Shown: positions 1 to 12,631 of the stretch, piece by piece | Layout: each line of letters opens with the position of its first letter | How positions within the stretch are numbered: position 1 is the stretch's first letter | Source: a virus | Lineage: Duplodnaviria > Caudoviricetes | DNA length: 64,000 nucleotides | IMG/VR virus record: IMGVR_UViG_3300035208_001807 | Coordinates: 32,001 to 96,000 of that record | Strand: one strand, 5' to 3' | Made by a program: the position numbers and the translations under genes | Notes under the pieces: model-generated | Database searches by the model: none | Told to the model about the DNA's origin: nothing | Seen by the model: the letters and a program-made list of their open reading frames with translations, nothing else

Positions 1-145
1 CACCCATGAAGATGGGAGGGTGCAGCTCTTTGAGCGTCGCCGGGATCTTCCGGCAGGGTTCAAGTTGTTAAGAACCTTTAGAAAGGAGTGGCTGCTTCAG
101 GAGGCTCTGGCGGATGGTAAGTTTCGCCATTACGTGTAGTTGATA

Positions 146-171
146 GAGGGGGCGCTGTGCCCCCTTTTTTT
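146..171 (+). terminator. Intrinsic terminator-like hairpin
   Basis: GGGGGC-GCTGT-GCCCCC followed by a T-run; similar hairpins near 1730 and 2053. Confidence 0.6.
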
Positions 172-273
172 GGAGGCTGTGTACCTCATGTTGCATTGGT
201 AGGTGTACCCGCCGCAAGGCAGGGGATACCCCACTACTAGAGATAGTAGTGAGCAACTAGAGGAGGTGCTCCG

Positions 274-1713
274 TTGATTAACATCGACGAAGTGCTCAAC
301 AGCAGTAAGTATGGTCGGTACAACTCCGATCCTACCACTATGGCCTTGGGGTTCATTCATGGTGGGCGTAAGCCCTTCACGGTGAACGTTGCCAAGGATG
401 GGACAGTGTCGAAGAAGGTTAACGACGCTGTGGTTTCCGGGAGGGCCTGCTGGGTCAAGAACGGGAATCAGGATCAGGTGGTGTACACGCATAAGAGTAC
501 GCACCCGGACAATGATCCGGATGTGTTGAAGGCTGATCCCTTCAACTATGCGTACTCGCGCTTGATGGATGGGGTTTCCAAGTTCAGGAAGTCCCATAGC
601 AAGCTGTCGGTCAAGTACCGGCAGTTATTGCGGGCTCTTTACAAGAGCTTTCAGCTCATCTGTCCGAAGTTGGACTTGGTGACGTTGAAACAGGCCATTG
701 AGGCTAATGCCGATCAGGTCTTGGAGTGGGGTGTGAATCCCACCCAGGCGGTGTTGGATGATATGGTCTCCATTGAGGAAACCATACTGGTGCACGAGAA
801 CATGGATCACGAGGGTGACTCGGATGATTATGATACCGAGCCCTTGATGAGACAGCTCTCGAATGGGCGTTCGTTCACGCCTTCCTCGCATCGTGAAGAG
901 CGAGACCTTCAGGAGTGCTATATCCTCTTGAGGGATCTGGTGCATTCGGCTACTCCAGTCGAACGCGATCAGCTGTTGGATGAACTCCAGCAGAAGCTCT
1001 GCGATCTGCTCTTTGAGCATTCTGTTGCTCAGAAGAGCCGCAAGGACTACAGGCGCTTCCCTGACTATGGGAGGCTCAAGAAATACGGGGATCGTGAGAT
1101 TCCCGCGAAGCCCAGCTTGTGGCCTACGCAGGAGGAGAAGGACGAGGCAGGTTTCGATGAGGAAGCCTGGCTCGCTAAGAACATTAGGGAGTGGCAGGTG
1201 TGGGTTTGTGACCTCGATGTGATGGACGAGATCCAGCACATCATTGGTGAGGGCACTGATCGCACTGTGGATACGCCTCAGTACCTGTTCACAAGGAAGC
1301 TGGTCGAAGAGATCAGACCTTGGGATGATGGGCCGAGGCCGCAGTGCTACTGGCCATCCGCTTCGGAGAACCAGTCCAACTGCAAGTGCTCGTGGTATCA
1401 GCGTTTCATGAACGAAACGCAGGAACTGCGTGAGCGGTTCAATGACCACTTGTTGGTCATGAGGTACAATGAGCCGCCCAAGACCAGCGGCGGCGTTCTG
1501 AAGGAGATCAAGTCGTTCTCCTTGAAGGCCGAACAGGTCATCTTGCAAGCGAATAATAAGCGCGAGCAGGAGGGCAAGTCGCCTTTGACAGCCGAGTGGC
1601 TGATGAGGGAGGCTGGATTCGCATCGTGGTATGTTGCCGAGTACAAGGCGTCCATGAAGCGTATCTGGGCGATGGCGAAAGCCAAGCCCTGGATCAACAT
1701 GACCGCAGGTTGA
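274..1713 (+). CDS. Hypothetical phage protein (479 aa)
   Basis: Long ORF with GGAGG RBS, followed by a terminator-like hairpin; no recognised motif. Confidence 0.75.
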   Translation: MINIDEVLNSSKYGRYNSDPTTMALGFIHGGRKPFTVNVAKDGTVSKKVNDAVVSGRACWVKNGNQDQVVYTHKSTHPDNDPDVLKADPFNYAYSRLMDGVSKFRKSHSKLSVKYRQLLRALYKSFQLICPKLDLVTLKQAIEANADQVLEWGVNPTQAVLDDMVSIEETILVHENMDHEGDSDDYDTEPLMRQLSNGRSFTPSSHREERDLQECYILLRDLVHSATPVERDQLLDELQQKLCDLLFEHSVAQKSRKDYRRFPDYGRLKKYGDREIPAKPSLWPTQEEKDEAGFDEEAWLAKNIREWQVWVCDLDVMDEIQHIIGEGTDRTVDTPQYLFTRKLVEEIRPWDDGPRPQCYWPSASENQSNCKCSWYQRFMNETQELRERFNDHLLVMRYNEPPKTSGGVLKEIKSFSLKAEQVILQANNKREQEGKSPLTAEWLMREAGFASWYVAEYKASMKRIWAMAKAKPWINMTAG

Positions 1714-1799
1714 TCCGAAAGAGAGGAGGGTGGGGGCACAGTGCCCCTGCCCTCTTTTTATGGGTGCTGTAGCACCTAATCTTAGTTTGAGGAGGCAGT

Positions 1800-2030
1800 A
1801 TGACAGCGAATCAAGTTGGACACGGGAATCTCGATACCTTCTACAAGGGCAAGGCCCAGAATAAGGCCAAGCTCAAGGAGAAGGTCGAGCGTAAGGCTGT
1901 GCAGGCTATGCACGTGGCCGCCAGCAATGGGATCACGATCATCGCTGATCTCAGGATCAAGAAGACGGGCAACTGGGCGTTGGATGCGCTCAGGGAGGAT
2001 ATCAGGAAGAACGGGACGGTCATCTCGTAA
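1800..2030 (+). CDS. Small hypothetical protein
   Basis: GAGGAGG RBS, ATG start, terminator follows. Confidence 0.7.
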   Translation: MTANQVGHGNLDTFYKGKAQNKAKLKEKVERKAVQAMHVAASNGITIIADLRIKKTGNWALDALREDIRKNGTVIS

Positions 2031-3021
2031 CAGAGAGATGGCTATGCGTAGTGAGGGGGGCAGTAATGCCCCCTTTTTATTCGAATGCTTGTCTGGGTGT
2101 ACCTGCCTAGACTAGGATCCGGGCGTATATGCCGAACATGTCCCTGTACCTATAATGCTTGCGTATATAGGGAATGACCCTTTTGAAGATACAGCCTTGT
2201 TGACGTGAAGGCCTTGCATTGACTTGTTCAAGGATGTGATTCTGTAGTAGAAAGGGATAACATGCCTCCGTTCTATGGTGGAGAGGTGCCTCTGGGAGGT
2301 ACCGCAGTGGGCTTCTTGGAATACAAGATAGCCTTGTTGAAATACGATCTCACCTTTTATATGGGCGTTTGGGAGACTCGCCCGAATGCTGGGGTTTGGT
2401 ACGATGACCCCGATGAGTGGTGGGAGAGCATGCTGGAAGTACGCATGTTGGAGGCGCGTATTCGTATTGCTCGGATGTGCATCAGGGCACTGGAGGCCTA
2501 GAGATGGAGAAGCATTTCGAGTTGGCTAACCATGATGTTATCCGTCTGGTATGGTTCAGCGGATACGTTTACAGTGCGGCAATGTATAGCACTGTCAATG
2601 AGATTGGCGGGGCGCCCACTACTGTACATGTGTACATATTCCATATCCCTAACAAGTGGGATAACAAGGAGCAGCAGGAGTGCATGCTGGGCATCCTTGA
2701 AGAAGCGGGTTGTGATTCGTTCCTATGCACGTGCTTGCTGAACTGGAGCATCAACATCAGCCAGCTAGGAGAGTAGGATGGCACGATATACTGAGCTGTA
2801 TTGGGATGCGGCTTGGAAGAAGATACTTGCCCAGACAGGACAAGAGAGCCAGGTTCCTCCGGGCGGAGTGAGCGTGGACTGTGGCATATTCCTTGTGGAG
2901 AAGCCAAAGCCATGCTTGATGTGCAATCACATGACTCCGTTTGTTGTGATGGTGCAGCCCTTCAAAGAAGGCTCTTACCTCTGTTCAGAGGAATGCTTGA
3001 AACTGTGTACGGAGCCGCAAA

Positions 3022-3477
3022 GTGATATCCATCTTTGAGGATGAGATACTTTGGCAGAGCCACCTGCAAAGGCTTCGCTATGCGTATATTCCAGGCTATT
3101 TGCCCTGGATGAGCAAGATGAGGTTCAAGCTCAGCAGTGTTGAGTCTCTGCTCTTAGTCTTGTTTGGAGAGCGGATTGATGTTCAGTGGGAAAGCCTCGA
3201 TGAGGGCTGGGCTCAAGTCGAGTGGAATGATGCTTTCGTACGGTCTAAGACACTGGGCGAGATAAACTATAAGTGCATACGCCTAAGAATAGACTGGACG
3301 GTGCAGAAGTTGGATCAACGTCGAGCGTGGGGTATAGTACTCCATGAATTAGGCCACTTATGGGCCTTGATATACAGTGGGGACTTGGGGGAGTGGGGAC
3401 ATAACTCCCAGTTTGTTGACTGTTGTGATGAGGTGTTTCAGAAGTTAGCTAGTTATCCATTCTTTGAGGAGGTTTGA
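3022..3477 (+). CDS. SprT-like zinc metalloprotease domain protein
   Basis: HELGH (HExxH) followed by GHNSQF, an SprT-like pattern. Confidence 0.55.
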   Translation: MISIFEDEILWQSHLQRLRYAYIPGYLPWMSKMRFKLSSVESLLLVLFGERIDVQWESLDEGWAQVEWNDAFVRSKTLGEINYKCIRLRIDWTVQKLDQRRAWGIVLHELGHLWALIYSGDLGEWGHNSQFVDCCDEVFQKLASYPFFEEV

Positions 3478-3914
3478 AGATGGGAATGAAAAAGATGTTG
3501 GGTGTGATGGCGGCTGCCGCCATGACGGGTATCCCCACCAATTTCATAGGCGGAGGATTGGGCGACAACAGTCGCTTGAATCCCACGCAGTGGAAGCGCA
3601 AGAAGATGAAGAAGAAACACCGCCATTCGCCCATGCACCGCAGGTCCAGGGGCGCGTAGCAAATCTGTCCTGGGCATGACTTGAAACTGCCCCGCAGATC
3701 GCCATCTCCAACCGCGTAAGTGAGGAGATGGACTTTGTTCATGGCCGCACTTGAGCCACTACCGAGAGGGAGGTGTGCCCCGATCATGAAATAACACGTT
3801 AATACCCATTATGAAAAGCAAACTAAAGTGTAGCCGTACAGGTAGTACAGGTCTTCGCCGGTTATACCTGCACCTTAAATAACCGGCTGTTTTAATCCCT
3901 AAGGAGGGAAGCAG

Positions 3915-4241
3915 ATGATCTACATCGGCAACAAGCGCAAGGGTAGTGTTATACCCGTTGGAATGCAGATGAGCATTGACCGCGCCACGTCCATTGGTAA
4001 TCCATTTGAGATGGGTACTGATGAGAGCAAGCGTAATCTGGTATGTGACCAGTACGAGCAGTGGTTCAAGGATGAGGTCCTTACCCAGAAGAATGCGAGT
4101 GCATGGAGTTACCTCTGTAGCCTGTTGAGTTTGGCTATGGATAGGGATATCGTACTCATGTGTTGGTGCGCGCCGAAGCGTTGCCATGGTGAGACGATCA
4201 AGCGTTGGTTGGATGAGAAGCTTGCGAACATGAAGAAGTAA
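3915..4241 (+). CDS. DUF4326-like protein
   Basis: IDR..IGNPF ... LMCWCAPKRCHG motifs; AAGGAGG RBS. Confidence 0.75.
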   Translation: MIYIGNKRKGSVIPVGMQMSIDRATSIGNPFEMGTDESKRNLVCDQYEQWFKDEVLTQKNASAWSYLCSLLSLAMDRDIVLMCWCAPKRCHGETIKRWLDEKLANMKK

Positions 4242-4433
4242 TCCTTTGCCTGAGGAGGCAACATGCCGAGCCCCGAATACAGAGTCCAATCGTTCTGGCT
4301 GACCTGCTGGAAGCTTAAACAGCGTCAGGAGGCGTGGCGTCAACGTCTCATCGCTTTGCGCGCAGCATGTAAGCCGGCTGCTGTGAAGGAGATTCTGGCG
4401 CACGCCAAACAGATCCTGTCCTGAGGAGGACAC

Positions 4434-4709
4434 ATGTCTCGCTCACGTCGTCGTACACCACGCGGCCCCATTGCTTCTGCTGATTCTGAGAAGCAGTTCA
4501 AGCGTGAGACTAATCAGGCTTTTCGTGCAGCTGAGCGTAAGATCCTGAAGAAGTTGCATGATGATCCTGAGGCTGATGTGGATGCGCATTTGCCTAAGAA
4601 GCCTCACGAAGTGGTTGAGGAGTGGTCTGGCCCCAAGGACGGCAAGTCGTATTTCGGTGACTTGAAGAGGAAGGACCCGAAGTACTTCAATAAACTCATG
4701 AGGAAGTGA
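4434..4709 (+). CDS. Basic hypothetical protein
   Basis: GAGGAGG RBS; MSRSRRRTP start. Confidence 0.65.
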   Translation: MSRSRRRTPRGPIASADSEKQFKRETNQAFRAAERKILKKLHDDPEADVDAHLPKKPHEVVEEWSGPKDGKSYFGDLKRKDPKYFNKLMRK

Positions 4710-5180
4710 CCCATGTTCAAAGAACTCTTGCAGTTCATCAAGGAGAAGTACGCCAAGGAGAAAGCCCAAGCGGATGAGGCGGAGGAAGCTCAAGCTCTCA
4801 CTTCCGCGGCTTACCACCGCGGATACGCCGCTGCCTTGATGCGCGTGCAGATCGAAGTCTTGAGGCACGAAACCTTGCGTTTGGTGGGCAAGTCCTAACC
4901 CCCGACTCCTGGTAGTACCGGGCTGGTTAGGACCTCCTCCCTGGCCAGCCCACCCCTTTTCTAAGGAGACATCGTGAACCTAAGCGAAAGACAACCTGTT
5001 GTTGGCGACTTCATCAAGATCAATACCCTTGAGACAGAGGATGCTGGAATGCTTGGTGAGATCGTACGTGTTGATACTGACACAGCCCAGGTGCTCTGGG
5101 AAGATGGTGAAGTGACAACTGTGTCACTGAAATCTGTGACATTCAACTACTTGGATTAAGGAGATAACATAGTCGACTGG

Positions 5181-5594
5181 ATGAAGAAGCTACTGGGTGT
5201 TGAGCAACTAACCCCAGCACAGAAGAAGTACCAAGAACTCTTGGAGCTCATGCGCTTCAGGAGCCTGATGAAAGCACACATGGATATGTTGTGCCAAGGG
5301 GATGCTCTTGAGCTTATCAAGATGGATCCTATTGCCTCAGCTCTTCTCATTGGTGAGGCGCGTCCACGCTTGGACAGTCTCATCGATCGTGTGATCGCAG
5401 AAGAGGCGCCCAAGTACCTGACAGAGGACATGGTGGATCATCTGTTGGCGTTCTACAGATCACCAGTTGGTCAGAAGATGTTGGATGTGCAGCCTGCAAT
5501 GTTGCAGGGCATCGATACTGTCGCTAAGGCAGCGATGGAGAAACTCTTTTCGGAGGTCGAGCGTGAGCAACGAGCAACCCAAGCGCGAGCGTAA
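5181..5594 (+). CDS. DUF2059-like protein
   Basis: LLAFYRSPVGQKM motif. Confidence 0.6.
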   Translation: MKKLLGVEQLTPAQKKYQELLELMRFRSLMKAHMDMLCQGDALELIKMDPIASALLIGEARPRLDSLIDRVIAEEAPKYLTEDMVDHLLAFYRSPVGQKMLDVQPAMLQGIDTVAKAAMEKLFSEVEREQRATQARA

Positions 5595-8513
5595 GAAGGA
5601 ATTCCTGGGCTTGAAGAAGCTCCGGAACAAGTATGCCACGAGACCTGAGGGTCCCGAGCTGGTGGCGCATTCGCGCGCCGTACAGCAGGCGAAGGACAAG
5701 GAAGCCTTGGACTCGTACAATGCGTGGAGAGCCGCTGGCTGTCCCGTGACGTACTCTGTCCCTGTGAGTATTCGCTGAACCGGGGTTGTGCTCATGCAAG
5801 TAGAGCCTTCAGGCTCTGTTGAGCACAGCTTTGAAGAAGGTGGCTTGCAGGATTGACCGCTTGCCTGCATAAGATGGACCGCAAAGCGTCTGTGGCTTGC
5901 ATTACAACCAATAACCGAAAGACCTAGCGGGGAGCCCTTTGGCGTTGAACCGGAAATGTCTAGTAGGTTTGCCAGTTGCATGCATCGCCCAAGAACATAA
6001 CAGGCCGGAGATAAGGCTGCTGTCCAAAGGCGAGCCGAAGCCGGTGTAATGAATGCGGTTAACCTTTCTTGAGGAGCAGAGCATGCCTACTTGTTGCACG
6101 AGATCTGTCCCCGACATGAGCAAACCAGTTCGATCTGGCCACCATGGAATAGCTTCCATGCTTAACGGCTCGCGTCCCGAAAAGGAAGTACCAGTTGAGA
6201 TGAGGCTTGTGATGTTGCTGCCTGGTAATCAGAAGCGGGCGCTGTTCCAGTGTCCAGAATGCATGAAGGTTGTAGTCAAGCCCGTGACTATCACGAGATA
6301 AGGAGCAATCATGTCCCGTTTCCAAATGCAACTACCCACAGGACGTGGCTTTGCTTTCGGCTTTGATACTGTGCCCTTGATGTATGGGTACTTTATCCAG
6401 ATCTTCAAGGCCATTCCTCCGGATCCTGATCCTGATGAGGATTTCGACTGTCCTGAGTTCGATGCTGATTCCCTTGGTAAGACCAAGTGGCTTCAGCTTT
6501 TCGAAGAGAAGCTTACTCCTGCGGAGCAGGTAGCTGTGCGGGCATTGTTCAAAGCAGAGATTGGCAATATCTGCTGTGATCTTGACCCCAATGGTCAGAG
6601 TCATGGTCAGCTTCGTGTGACTGCACTACCGGCAGATTTCTTCGGTTCTCGTACTGAGGATATCAACCGTACTTAACTGGCAAGGAGAGACCTATGCCAC
6701 CTACTGACCCATTAGGCCTCAAGCATCTGCTTGATGACTGTCATGACGCCTTGTCTTTCTGGGGAGTCCTCATTGCCAAGGAGCGCTTCAAGGATAAGGT
6801 AGTTATTACACGTACAACTACGCATTTCAGGTTGCATGTGGTCGGCTTCAAGGCCACTCACGAGACAGTTCGTGATGTGGAATTAGACGGTGGAGCCGGG
6901 GAGTTCGCTAAGCCCCGCTGCACTGAACTCACATTTAGCGATGTCGATTCGAAGTTCCGAATTGGTCGGTGAAGTTAAGCCGACCTGAATAATCCCACTT
7001 GGAGGGATAAGAATGAGCAATACATCAGCACCGACGGATGCCAATCGTGACACGCTGGACAAGAAGCACTACGTTGTGCAACCTGTCGATGATACGCGTG
7101 TGCAGGTTGTCTACAAGAACTGGTGTTCTTGGTATGTCTACAAGAACCTGGATAGCGCTGGTAAGGCGCATCCGAAGGCTGGGAAGTCCATGTGGAATCC
7201 CACTACGCACGAGCGCTTGACGCTCAGGCACCCCAACCGCATGTTGATGATGGGTTATAAGTTGACCCGTCGCTTCATGCCGAAGGTGCCCAAGGCTCAG
7301 CTCACACTTCCTGGTATGACAGCCTAAGAACTCGCTGTAATATCCCCAGGGTAATCCCGAGCTACTGCGGTTAGGCCCTCGACACATGGGGAGATGGCGG
7401 ATATGATGTCGTACTCCGCCTGCCTTTCAAAGGATCATCCATGTCAGCAGAAGACTACCTGAAGCTGCTCCGTCAGGTTGTGACCCATCCTGCAATTAAT
7501 GCTTTAGGAACTAATTGGCAGGATAAGGCGCAGCGCATCTGCGACTGGAATGATTCTAAGTCTGCTGAGGTTCTTGTGAACCAGCAGTTTGAAGTCATCC
7601 GTAATAATACTACGGGTGATAACTTGACCTATGCCATGTTGGATTGGTGCGATAAAGTCAGGCGCCTAAAGGGATTACCTAAGCCTTAGGAGTTTCCTAT
7701 GGAACTAGACCTCAAAGAGCGCATCATTAAGGCTCTGACAGAACTTAAAGATGATGCTCCTGGGAGCTGCCGTACCAAGGCTTGTCCTCATTTCATTGTG
7801 TCACGTCAAGGGCCAGATTGGTATGAGATACATACTGGTCGCTTTACGTACTTGGGCTCTTATTATCAGTGCTCAAGGGCTCTTGATGCCATGATTGAGC
7901 ATGAGGCCGAGATGGTTCATCAGCCTCGGACTTGGGAACAGTGGGTTGTGCCCAAGAGCGGTGTACCCTCAAACAGTTAGGAGATACCATGCCTGAACCT
8001 GCTGTCAATCAGATGGCTGTTGAACTCGTGAAGATGGGGTTACCTTATCCTATCTATCTTGAGATCAATGGTATGGCTGGGGATCCTGTGTCCAGAATGG
8101 CCAGGCTGCTTGGCTCTTCCTACTACAAGCATCATGAGAAGGCTTCGCAGTTGCCTTTCTGCCTTTTCGTTAATGCGCAGAAGGAATCTGATGGGTGCTG
8201 GGAAGTCTGGCGCCTCCAGGATGGTTGTGCACATCTCATCCGGCGCTCATATGTTCCTGGTCGTGTGGGCAATATCAAAGGGGGAAGCCTTGGGCCTCCC
8301 TTCTGAAGATAATATCCCTCTGTCAGATGAACAAGGGGATGTTGACTGCGAGATCCACGATCTCATCTTCGACGACCATTGTGGATGTAACGTCTGTGTC
8401 CATTGTGGCTATCATGAAGGCCTAGCCCGTTGTTTCTGTGGCTGGGCCATAGATGGTGGCAATGGTAGAACTCAGCTCGAAGAACTTGGCGAGCAGATAG
8501 ACGATGACTACTA

Positions 8514-8969
8514 ATGAAGATACTCTTTATAGACTTTGATGGCGTTATCGTCCATTCAAAGTATGAGCATGGGCGGGATGTGGATCCTGCCTGTCTTGCA
8601 CGGGTGCGTCGCATCTGCAAGGAATCTGGTGCTCAGGTTGTTATCCATTCAACATGGGTATATCTTCACACGCCTGAAGAACTGAAGGGTTATGTCTCTG
8701 GCTTGGCTGAACATCTGCATCCTGACTTTGTGGCAAAGTTGTCAGCTGGCCGTGGTCTCGATGCTGGCAAGATAGAAGCCATTCAAGAGTGGCTTGACGC
8801 ACATCCTAGAGTGGAGTATTATGCCATTCTAGAGGACGAGATGATCGGTGACATGAAGAAGTACCCCATAGTCTGGATACCAGGTGGTTTCTACAGACAA
8901 GGGATTCAGCATCATCATGCGACGATAGCTGTGAGGGTGTTGAACGGAGAGATGGTGGTGAATAGATGA
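8514..8969 (+). CDS. HAD-family phosphatase (Swiss-army-knife RNA-repair type)
   Basis: ILFIDFDGV, VIHSTW and YAILED motifs. Confidence 0.7.
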   Translation: MKILFIDFDGVIVHSKYEHGRDVDPACLARVRRICKESGAQVVIHSTWVYLHTPEELKGYVSGLAEHLHPDFVAKLSAGRGLDAGKIEAIQEWLDAHPRVEYYAILEDEMIGDMKKYPIVWIPGGFYRQGIQHHHATIAVRVLNGEMVVNR

Positions 8970-9177
8970 GTAAAATACCTTTATCATTAAAAGATTGCTC
9001 AGATGAGCAATTAGAGTATTTGATGCTTGATGATCCTATCCATTTCGGCCATACCTTGGATCCTTATCCTGGAGTACGGCTGTTATTGGCGCTTTATAAG
9101 AGGCTTCAGGGTGAACTGGAGAAGTGGAGCAAGGGAGAATAATATGCTGAGGGTGTTGAACGGAGAGCTGGTGGACT

Positions 9178-9543
9178 ATGAGAAGCCTGCTGATTGATGA
9201 TGTCCGGCAACCGCTAGACTACAAGACTAGCATTGCTCGGGATACCAAGGCTGGCTGTGCTCTTGTTGAGCATGGTGGCCCATGGGATATACTGCTCCTT
9301 GACCATGATCTTGGTCCTGGTGGCTGTGGCCAGACTATTGTCGATCTTCTTGAGAAGATGGATGCCACGGACAGACCTGACATGGTTGTCATTGTCAGCA
9401 TGAATCCTGTTGGTGTTGAGAATATGGCCCGTGTCCTCAAGAAGCTTTACTACTTCGAGGCGGGCAACCGCACGTTCTCTATCTCAGAGGAGAAGTTCAA
9501 GACCTATGAGGATGGAGAACATCTCATTGGTGTCAGGAGCTAA
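9178..9543 (+). CDS. Cyclic-phosphate-processing receiver-domain protein
   Basis: LLIDDVR, LDHDLG and SMNPVG motifs. Confidence 0.7.
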   Translation: MRSLLIDDVRQPLDYKTSIARDTKAGCALVEHGGPWDILLLDHDLGPGGCGQTIVDLLEKMDATDRPDMVVIVSMNPVGVENMARVLKKLYYFEAGNRTFSISEEKFKTYEDGEHLIGVRS

Positions 9544-10484
9544 CATGCCTCCACAATGCCGCAAATGCTTCTGCCACCATCTCTCTACTGATCCCTGCCG
9601 ACAATTCTGCCCTATGACGGATGAGCAGCTCATCCTTGTACTACAGAATGTTGTAGTTGGAGAGTATGTTGATTCGGCTGTTGCTGCTTGGGCTCTTGCT
9701 ACGGTCCAGCGCAGAAAGGATGTTAGCCATGCCAAAGTCTAAGACACTTTATGGTCGGCTAGTTCCTGGTGCGTCAGCACCTGGGGCTGAACGGCCGATT
9801 CCTGTTGGTATTCGTGCCAAACTGGATGCCCTATTGAAGCGGGCATTCATGTCAGAGACTAAGTTCAAGGCTAGCCTCATGAAGAGGCGCCCGGAACTAT
9901 TCAAGGAGACGAAATGAAGGGTATAACTGCGGCTTTGATGTGGTTCGTCTGTGTTCTGCTCTTCATGACCTTCAACATCTTTGTTGGAGGTTTCTGTGTC
10001 GAGTATGTCATCGAACATTGGGCATCCTATCTTAAGGGTGTCCCTGTGGATGTTGCCTTCTGGAAATGCTGTATCGCCGGCTTGTTCTTAGGCGAGATCG
10101 CAGTTCCGTTGGCAATCTTGACATGGATCGTAATGCTTATTCTGTGAGGGGTAGCATGAGATACTTGAAATTCATCTTCCTACTCTGTATAGTATGGCAT
10201 TGGCAGTACTGTAAGGATGCTAAGGAATTGGGAACTGCGCTGCGCTCAGTACAGGAACAAAGTCCCATTGAACTGAAGGTAGTTGTTGATCCACTACATT
10301 GTGACTTATGTACGAATAGTTACATTGTCTTGTGGTCAACGGAGTGTCCGCCTAAAGCGGCGCCGGCTCCAACACCACTTCCAAAGCCTACTCCCGATTG
10401 GCGTGTGATGCCGAAGAAGTATAGGACACCGAATCCGCATTGGCATCCAGGAGATCCTACTCCAGCTCCTAAGTAAGGTTTTAG

Positions 10485-11084
10485 ATGATCCGCTTCATAG
10501 GTGATGTCCATGGCAAAATCGCTGACTACCGCATGGTACGAAAAGCAGCTACGTGCTCAATTCAAGTTGGGGATATGGGAATTGGGTTCGTTAGGAATCC
10601 TGCACTTATTGCTGATGGTCACATGTTTATACGTGGGAATCACGATAATCCTGCGGAATGCAGGGCCCGAGCAGACCATCTTGGGGAGTATGGTATTACT
10701 ACTCTCGGTTCTATTTGGGTATTTTATGTGGCGGGCGGCTACTCTCGTGATCAGGATATGCGGACACTTGGCCGAGACTACTGGTCAGACGAAGAGATCT
10801 CATACCAAGAGCTCCAGAAAGCTATTGACCTCTACGCCGAAGAGAAGCCGAAGGTCGTTGTCTCACACGAAGCACCCATATCGACAGTCCACGCAATGGG
10901 TTTTAGGGCTGACTCAACACGGACAAATGAGGCACTAGAAGCGATGCTTAAGATCCACCAGCCTCAGTATTGGATCTATGGGCATTACCATTTAGACTTC
11001 CGTGAGCAGTTAGGCAAGACCATGTTTATTGGGCTTGCTGAGTTGTCACACTTCGACTTGAAGAAAACAGATGTGAAGGAGTAG
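10485..11084 (+). CDS. Calcineurin-like metallophosphoesterase
   Basis: GDVHG, GDMG, GNHD and GHYH motifs. Confidence 0.85.
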   Translation: MIRFIGDVHGKIADYRMVRKAATCSIQVGDMGIGFVRNPALIADGHMFIRGNHDNPAECRARADHLGEYGITTLGSIWVFYVAGGYSRDQDMRTLGRDYWSDEEISYQELQKAIDLYAEEKPKVVVSHEAPISTVHAMGFRADSTRTNEALEAMLKIHQPQYWIYGHYHLDFREQLGKTMFIGLAELSHFDLKKTDVKE

Positions 11085-11781
11085 TTATGAAGACGAAGAA
11101 GATCCTTGGTGTCTCAGTGTCTTTACCTGAGAACGCTAACGATACCCAGGAGCTGGGCGAGAAGGCTGGCGCAAAGGTTGTTGGCGCCGGAGTTGCTGCG
11201 GGCAGCTTTGTTTATGGCCTTGGTAAGGGCCTGTTCAATGCTGTGGCGGACAAGCTCAAGAAGGATTTGCCCCCGCCTACAACTCCCACTACCTAATGGA
11301 GAATCCGCTTAAGGGTTTCCATGTTGCGAGTGTTCAAATCGAATGCTCTATCATTCCTATTACTGGTAACGTACGAGCCGAGTTTATGGAGGATGGTAGT
11401 CTAGTCCTCCATAACTTGGATACTCAGGAGCGATCATGTATCCCTATGGACTTGCTGAAGGGGATAACTTTCGAGACTGGGGACGCTCTTGCTCTGCGCC
11501 TGAAGGCGGAGAGATCAGAGAAGGCAACTTCTATGATCAAGCATCAGACCAGTTAAGGTATCAGTTTCGTGTTGTTGTGATCTACGATTGGAATCCCCTC
11601 CGTACTATCAACAATTCCCAACTCCGCGTATATGCTCAGATGTTCTCTAACAAGACAGGTGAAGCTTGGTTCGTCTGGTCAGAAGACGAGATAGATCAAG
11701 CGTTTGCTTTCTGCGATCGGATCAACGATTCGTGGTGGCATATGCGTTGTCGTGAGAACATAAAGGTACGAGGGAGTTTAC

Positions 11782-12144
11782 ATGGACGCAACCGTCATAA
11801 GTCACAAGTTGATAATAGCGGGCAGCCGTGACATCTGGGATATGCAGCAGGTCATTCAGGCCATCAAGGACTCAGGCTTCATCGTGAGTGAAGTTGTGAG
11901 TGGCGGAGCCCGAGGCGTTGATAGGCTTGGCGAGGACTGGGCCAAGATCAACAAGGTTCCCGTTACAAGATTTCTTGCTGACTGGAATAAGTACGGCAAG
12001 CGTGCAGGATATGTCCGCAATGCTGTCATGGCATCATATGGAACGGCTCTTGTAGCTGTTTGGGACGGATGTTCCAAGGGTACGAAGCACATGATCGATT
12101 TGGCTGCCGCGAAAGGCTTGCCAGTTCATATTCGTATCGTGTAG
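11782..12144 (+). CDS. SLOG-family (YspA/DUF2493-like) protein
   Basis: IIAGSR, VSGGARGVD, AGYVRN and SKGTKHMI motifs. Confidence 0.75.
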   Translation: MDATVISHKLIIAGSRDIWDMQQVIQAIKDSGFIVSEVVSGGARGVDRLGEDWAKINKVPVTRFLADWNKYGKRAGYVRNAVMASYGTALVAVWDGCSKGTKHMIDLAAAKGLPVHIRIV

Positions 12145-12202
12145 TTGACTGCAGTTAACCTGAGCGATCGGGTAACTAATTCTCTTACGGAGGTAGTACA
12201 AC

Positions 12203-12631
12203 ATGCAGAAGATGCGTGGGTTTCAAATTCAGGCCGATGCCAGGTTGACCAAGGATCCTGAGCTGCGTTACACGAAGGGCGCCAAGCCCGTGTGCAACGT
12301 GCGCTTGTGCGCGACGTATGCGTACAAGGGCCAGGACCAGCAGTTCAAGGAGAAGCCTTCTTACTTGAACGGCGTCATCTGGGGCCCCAGGGCTGAGAAG
12401 CAGGCGGAGACCCTCAAGAAGGGTTGCCTGGTCTCGGTCGAAGGTCGTCTCCAGAGCCGCTCCTGGAAGAACAAGGACAACGCGACGCGTTCTACGGTGG
12501 ATTTCATCATCACCGGGATCACCTTGCGCAGCTTTGCGAAGGATACCCCGCTTCCTGAGGGTGACGTGCCCGAAGTGGATGCGGAAGAGCCGGTGGCTGA
12601 GCTGCCGGAAGGCGAAGAGAGCGCCACGTAG
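12203..12631 (+). CDS. ssb: Single-stranded DNA-binding protein
   Basis: RLTKDPELRYT, KG.LV.VEGRLQSRSW and acidic tail. Confidence 0.85.
   Translation: MQKMRGFQIQADARLTKDPELRYTKGAKPVCNVRLCATYAYKGQDQQFKEKPSYLNGVIWGPRAEKQAETLKKGCLVSVEGRLQSRSWKNKDNATRSTVDFIITGITLRSFAKDTPLPEGDVPEVDAEEPVAELPEGEESAT

Noticed and set aside
625-1548. Long minus-strand ORFs (also 16067-16870, 20478-21329, 26778-27317)
   Set aside because: They are antisense shadows of well-supported plus-strand genes and have no motifs or RBS.
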